This document shows, piece by piece, positions 60,070 through 64,000 of a DNA stretch of 64,000 nucleotides. This DNA comes from Salinispira sp. (GTDB lineage Bacteria > Spirochaetota > Spirochaetia > DSM-27196 > Salinispiraceae). Each line of letters begins with the position of its first letter. Position 1 is the stretch's first letter. The notes beneath the pieces were generated by a model. It searched no databases. It was not told the DNA's origin and saw only the letters and a program-made list of their open reading frames with translations. The position numbers and the translations under genes are program-made. Location: assembly GCA_965602015.1 (NCBI GenBank), contig OZ271918.1:1600001-1664000 (forward strand), given 5' to 3'.

Positions 60070-63000
60070 CTATACCAGTTCGAGCACCGCCCCGGCGTAC
60101 GTGAACCCTCCGCCGAACGCCGTGAGTCCAAGGGTCTTTGCTGAAGATGAAGGATCATCGAGTATGCGCTCCAGACAGAGGGGGATGGTCGATGATGACG
60201 TGTTACCGTACACGGCAATCATGGAGTACACTTTTTTCTTGTCGACCTTCATACGCTGACGAACGGCGTTTATTATCCGCTGGTTGGCCTGGTGAGGTAC
60301 AATGAGATCCAGGTCATCGCTTTGGTACCCCGACTGCTCCGCCGCCAGCTCAAGCGACTTTATCATTGCCCGCACCGCCTTTTGGTATACCGCCGGCCCG
60401 TCCATGGTCACCACATCATCGGCATTTCCCTCCACTGCGGGAACGGTCAACGCCCGGTTTCGATCCGCCGCCGCAAGGGTGACCGGCCGGCGGATTATCA
60501 TTTTGGGAACCACATCACCCCCTTCGACGCAAATCAGACTTGCGGTAGCGGCGTCGCCGAATACCGGCGCGGTATCCGGGTCTGAGGTGTCGATTCTGCG
60601 GGAAAGCAATTCAGCGCTGATAATAAGCAGGGGCCGGTTCGCACTATCAGCCTGCATAAAATCATGAGCCTGCTGAAGGGCATAGATGTAGCCCGAGCAG
60701 GCAGCGGAAATATCGACGGCAGGAATTTCAAGCTCTTCATCGCCGGCCAGAGCGTCCAAAACCCGGCAGGCCAACGAGGGGGTTATTTCATCCGGAGTGC
60801 CGGTTGAACAGATTATGCCGCCGAGCTGTGCCGGTGCAATATGCACGTCGCTCAAGAGCTTTTTTGCGGCCTCAACGGCCATCGAGGTAAGGTTCTGGGA
60901 TTCATCGGCCCAAAAGCGGCTGCTGATTCCCGTGCGCTTGACGATGTCCTCGGGGCTCCAGGTGGGACACATTGTGGAGATTTCCTCATTGCTCACCACC
61001 CGCTTGCCGGTGACGCTGCGGACCCCGGCGATTCCCACCCGTTTAGCCGCAGCTGGGCCCGAGGAAGCCGTGCCGGTTTCTGTTGCGCTGTCGGCTTTTC
61101 CGCTGGAGGACAACCGGCGGAAACGGAACTGAATTTTCGGCGTCCCGGGCTCCTCCCGTGTGGGAGGTTTGGGAACCGCCGATGACTCGGTGAGAATCTT
61201 AATTAGCGGTTTACCGACAGCCACCTCATCGCCCTCCTCGGCGATAAAGGAGTCCACGGTGCCGGACATGGGGCTGGCGATTTCTGTAACGGCCTTGTCG
61301 GCTTCCACGCTGGCAACCAGCTGACCTTCTTCGATGACGTCGCCGGGCTTAACCAGATATTCAATTACCGTCACCATCTCATCGGACGGACTCGAGCCGA
61401 TAGCCTCTATGAGGAAACTGCCCTCCTCCGCTGCAATCGCTTTGTCCCACTCAATGCTGCCTCCCAGCAGATCGACTGCGGTTTCGAGTATGCGCTGATA
61501 TGAGGGCAGAACTTCGAGCTGATTGCCGAAGTTACACGGGACATAGGTATCATCGCGGACGACCCGACGGGCTTCGAATCCATCGGAAATAGCTTCAGAT
61601 AATTCTGCCAGCACCTCGGACGCAAAACCCGCAGATTTATTATCCTCATGGGCGATGATGATTTTGCGGGTTTTTTTCACAGACGAGATAACGCAGTCCT
61701 TATCCCAGGGAGAAAGGCTTCTGAGGTCGATGACCTCCGGCTCGACGCCTAATTCTTCAAGGGCGGCGGCGGTTTTGTACATGAGGGCCATGGTGTTCCC
61801 GTAGCCCAGGAGGGTTAAGTCGGAACCGCCTCGAACGATCCGCGCCTTTCCAATGGGTACAAAGTGATCACCGATATCTTCACTGGTTGCCTGAGCCCGA
61901 TCATTGAGACAATTTTTCGGATAATAAAACATGGTCGGTCTCCCCGATGCGAAACTCGCGTTCAACAGACCGGCGGCATCTCCCGCAGTAGAGGGCATCA
62001 CCACATCGACGCCCGGCGTGTGCACTCCCAAGGCCTCAAGACTGGATGCGTGAAAGGGTCCGAGACCGGGCTTGTACCCTCCGGAGGTAATCATGAGAAT
62101 GACCGGCGCCTGCCAGCCTCCATCGCTGCGCCAGTACATGCTGCCCATTTCGGAAAAAATCTGGTTGTACGCTATGGGGAGAAAGTCGGCGAACTGGATA
62201 AATCCTACCGGCCGGCCTCCGGCCAGCGAACGGCCCACGCTTACTCCCGCAATGGTTGATTCGCTCAAGGGGCTGTTCTGAACCCTGCCGGGATAGGCGG
62301 TGCTCAAACCCTTTGTTATGCCGAACACGTCCCCTTTGGGATCTTCAAGATCTTCGCCGAACAGGCTGACCCGTTCATCCTTGCCGAGCTGTAGCCGAAA
62401 AGCTTCCCGTATGGCTTCCAGCATGGTCACCCCGCCGGCGTTCCCGCGGTATTCTACTCTCGCCAGGTATTCCGGATTCAAAGGCGCCTTGGCATCGTGA
62501 ACCGCTGCGGGCTCGGGGCTTCTGCGGCTCGACTCTGCGGCTGCGCGCACCTGTTCGGCAACGTCTTTCTCCAGGGTTTCAAGCTCGGTTTCCGTCCTGC
62601 CCGATTCGATGAGCCGTTTTCTTGTGTGGGCGATGGGATCGCGGGCTTCCCGGACGTTGAGAATATCCTCTGAACTCCGGTAGACGCTCTGATCATCCGC
62701 ATTGGTGTGATTGGTTAGTCTGTCGACCTGGAAAATAACGATGGCGGGCTTGCGGTCATTCCGCATGGCTTCGACAATTTCGAATAGTTGGCTGTGGGCC
62801 GTTGCCAGGTCGCATCCGTCTATTCTATGTATGGGTATGCCGTAAAAGGAGTCCGCCTCTCCCTCAGGTCTTGAAAAAAATGTCTGGCCCCCGGTTTTGG
62901 TGGATATTGCGTAAACATTGTCTTCGATGAAATACAGAACCGGAAGATTCTCCCGTACAGAATGGGCTATGGATTCAAGGACTTCGCCTTCCTGGGTCAT

Positions 63001-63450
63001 ACCGTCGCCCAATGCGCAGAGCACCACCGGCGCACCGTCCCGGTCTTTTACTTCCGCAGCGATTCCCGCCGACGGAAGGGCATTATTCCCTACCGGACCG
63101 ACAAGACTGAGCACGTTGTGTTCCGGTGAGCTGATATGAGCGCTCATCTGTCGTCCCCGGGAATGCGAAGCATCCTTGCAGAACAAGCTGTGAAAAAACA
63201 TCTCGACGCTGACACCGCGGGCGATCATAAGCGCTTTGTCGCGGTAATGGCAGTGCAGCCAGTCCTGAGGTCCAAGAATATCCGCCAGGACGACAGATCC
63301 CTCATGACCCGCACCGGACACATGGAAAAATGCCTCGCCCCGCTTTGTAAAACCGTCCTCTAACCGGTCGAGTTCCCGGGCTTCAAGCATGTGGCGATAT
63401 AACGATATGAGGCGATCCTCAGTCAGATTACCTGATTTTGTTTGACTCAT
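60070..63450 (-). CDS. fusion of 2-oxoacid dehydrogenase E1alpha + E1beta + lipoyl domain + beta-ketoacyl-ACP synthase III
   Basis: HYRD, GDG..N TPP motif; GED..GDVF, SPLSE, QFADF, GPFH; VEADKA lipoyl Lys; KAS III AACSG, GDAA, PHQAN, GNTSS, FGGG. Confidence 0.92.
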   Translation of the reverse strand: MSQTKSGNLTEDRLISLYRHMLEARELDRLEDGFTKRGEAFFHVSGAGHEGSVVLADILGPQDWLHCHYRDKALMIARGVSVEMFFHSLFCKDASHSRGRQMSAHISSPEHNVLSLVGPVGNNALPSAGIAAEVKDRDGAPVVLCALGDGMTQEGEVLESIAHSVRENLPVLYFIEDNVYAISTKTGGQTFFSRPEGEADSFYGIPIHRIDGCDLATAHSQLFEIVEAMRNDRKPAIVIFQVDRLTNHTNADDQSVYRSSEDILNVREARDPIAHTRKRLIESGRTETELETLEKDVAEQVRAAAESSRRSPEPAAVHDAKAPLNPEYLARVEYRGNAGGVTMLEAIREAFRLQLGKDERVSLFGEDLEDPKGDVFGITKGLSTAYPGRVQNSPLSESTIAGVSVGRSLAGGRPVGFIQFADFLPIAYNQIFSEMGSMYWRSDGGWQAPVILMITSGGYKPGLGPFHASSLEALGVHTPGVDVVMPSTAGDAAGLLNASFASGRPTMFYYPKNCLNDRAQATSEDIGDHFVPIGKARIVRGGSDLTLLGYGNTMALMYKTAAALEELGVEPEVIDLRSLSPWDKDCVISSVKKTRKIIIAHEDNKSAGFASEVLAELSEAISDGFEARRVVRDDTYVPCNFGNQLEVLPSYQRILETAVDLLGGSIEWDKAIAAEEGSFLIEAIGSSPSDEMVTVIEYLVKPGDVIEEGQLVASVEADKAVTEIASPMSGTVDSFIAEEGDEVAVGKPLIKILTESSAVPKPPTREEPGTPKIQFRFRRLSSSGKADSATETGTASSGPAAAKRVGIAGVRSVTGKRVVSNEEISTMCPTWSPEDIVKRTGISSRFWADESQNLTSMAVEAAKKLLSDVHIAPAQLGGIICSTGTPDEITPSLACRVLDALAGDEELEIPAVDISAACSGYIYALQQAHDFMQADSANRPLLIISAELLSRRIDTSDPDTAPVFGDAATASLICVEGGDVVPKMIIRRPVTLAAADRNRALTVPAVEGNADDVVTMDGPAVYQKAVRAMIKSLELAAEQSGYQSDDLDLIVPHQANQRIINAVRQRMKVDKKKVYSMIAVYGNTSSSTIPLCLERILDDPSSSAKTLGLTAFGGGFTYAGAVLELV

Positions 63451-63599
63451 CGGTGCTCCTCCAGTGCTATCCGGCTCGGCGCCGGTCCTGGCCAGTATAT
63501 ATGATTGATATAGATAACTTCTACCGATATAACCGAATCTAATTCAGGTAAATAAAAAAATAACTTGATTTGCGACGGAGAATATCGAAGTATTTGGGT

Positions 63600-64000
63600 A
63601 TGACACTAACTTGTCCAAAATGCGGCCGGAGCATAGCCGGCGAAGATATTTCGGTAAAGGACGGTTTCGCCCAATGCGGCACCTGCAGATCGGTATTTAA
63701 TCTTTCCGAACTGGCAGCTCAGCGCGGTAATCGGCAAAGCGAACCAATGCCGTTCGCCCGCAAGTCGGAAGTGGGTATGCCAAAAAACTTCGAGAAGAAA
63801 ACGGATTTTGACGGGCTTACCATTGTGCGGAAATGGCGCGACCTGACGGCATTTATCCTTATTCCATTTTCCATATTTTGGAACGGTTTTTTGGCTGTCT
63901 GGATCAGCATTGCCATCTCCACCGGCGAATATATCATGATTGCCTTCGCATCCATACATATCGCCGCCGGAGTCTTTCTTGTATACAGCGGAATTGCGAA
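63600..64000 (+). CDS. zinc-ribbon membrane protein (partial, runs off the window; absent from the ORF track)
   Basis: My translation: MTLTCPKCG...AQCGTC, then TM segment FSIFWNGFLAVW...IHIAAG; no stop before 64000. Confidence 0.7.
   Translation, partial: MTLTCPKCGRSIAGEDISVKDGFAQCGTCRSVFNLSELAAQRGNRQSEPMPFARKSEVGMPKNFEKKTDFDGLTIVRKWRDLTAFILIPFSIFWNGFLAVWISIAISTGEYIMIAFASIHIAAGVFLVYSGIA

Noticed and set aside
63606..63959. Minus-strand ORFs at the window end
   Set aside because: Antisense to the more convincing zinc-ribbon gene on the + strand.

Overview
64 kb of chromosomal backbone from a free-living spirochaete. The lineage is inferred from an EF-G2-type fusA, spirochaete-style hypothetical proteins, long lipoprotein signal peptides and acidic surface proteins; the species cannot be fixed from sequence alone. 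The window holds about 48 CDS and two tRNAs (Val-TAC, Asn-GTT). Housekeeping genes include recQ, mfd, ptsP, trmB, uppS, nth, citrate synthase, a Na+-type membrane pyrophosphatase, several peptidases (M18, M16, M48, M3, M23) and an RpoS-like sigma factor behind an nlpD-like gene. I saw no integrase, transposase, CRISPR array or prophage. Best leads: (1) a single polypeptide fusing 2-oxoacid dehydrogenase E1alpha/E1beta, a lipoyl domain and a FabH/KAS III with no E2 acyltransferase core, suggesting CoA-free channelling of fatty-acid primers; (2) a two-lipoprotein operon (flavinylation-motif/CxC protein plus tandem rhodanese) behind a perfect operator-like palindrome; (3) a 234-bp structured element bounded by a copy of the tRNA-Val 3' end; (4) a very acidic repeat lipoprotein paired with a beta-barrel; (5) two divergent EF-G paralogues under 3 kb apart; (6) an SF1 helicase with a HEPN/DUF4145-like N-terminus; (7) a sigma-54 promoter upstream of htpX. 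Several start codons were moved from the ORF track using RBS and gene-overlap evidence.
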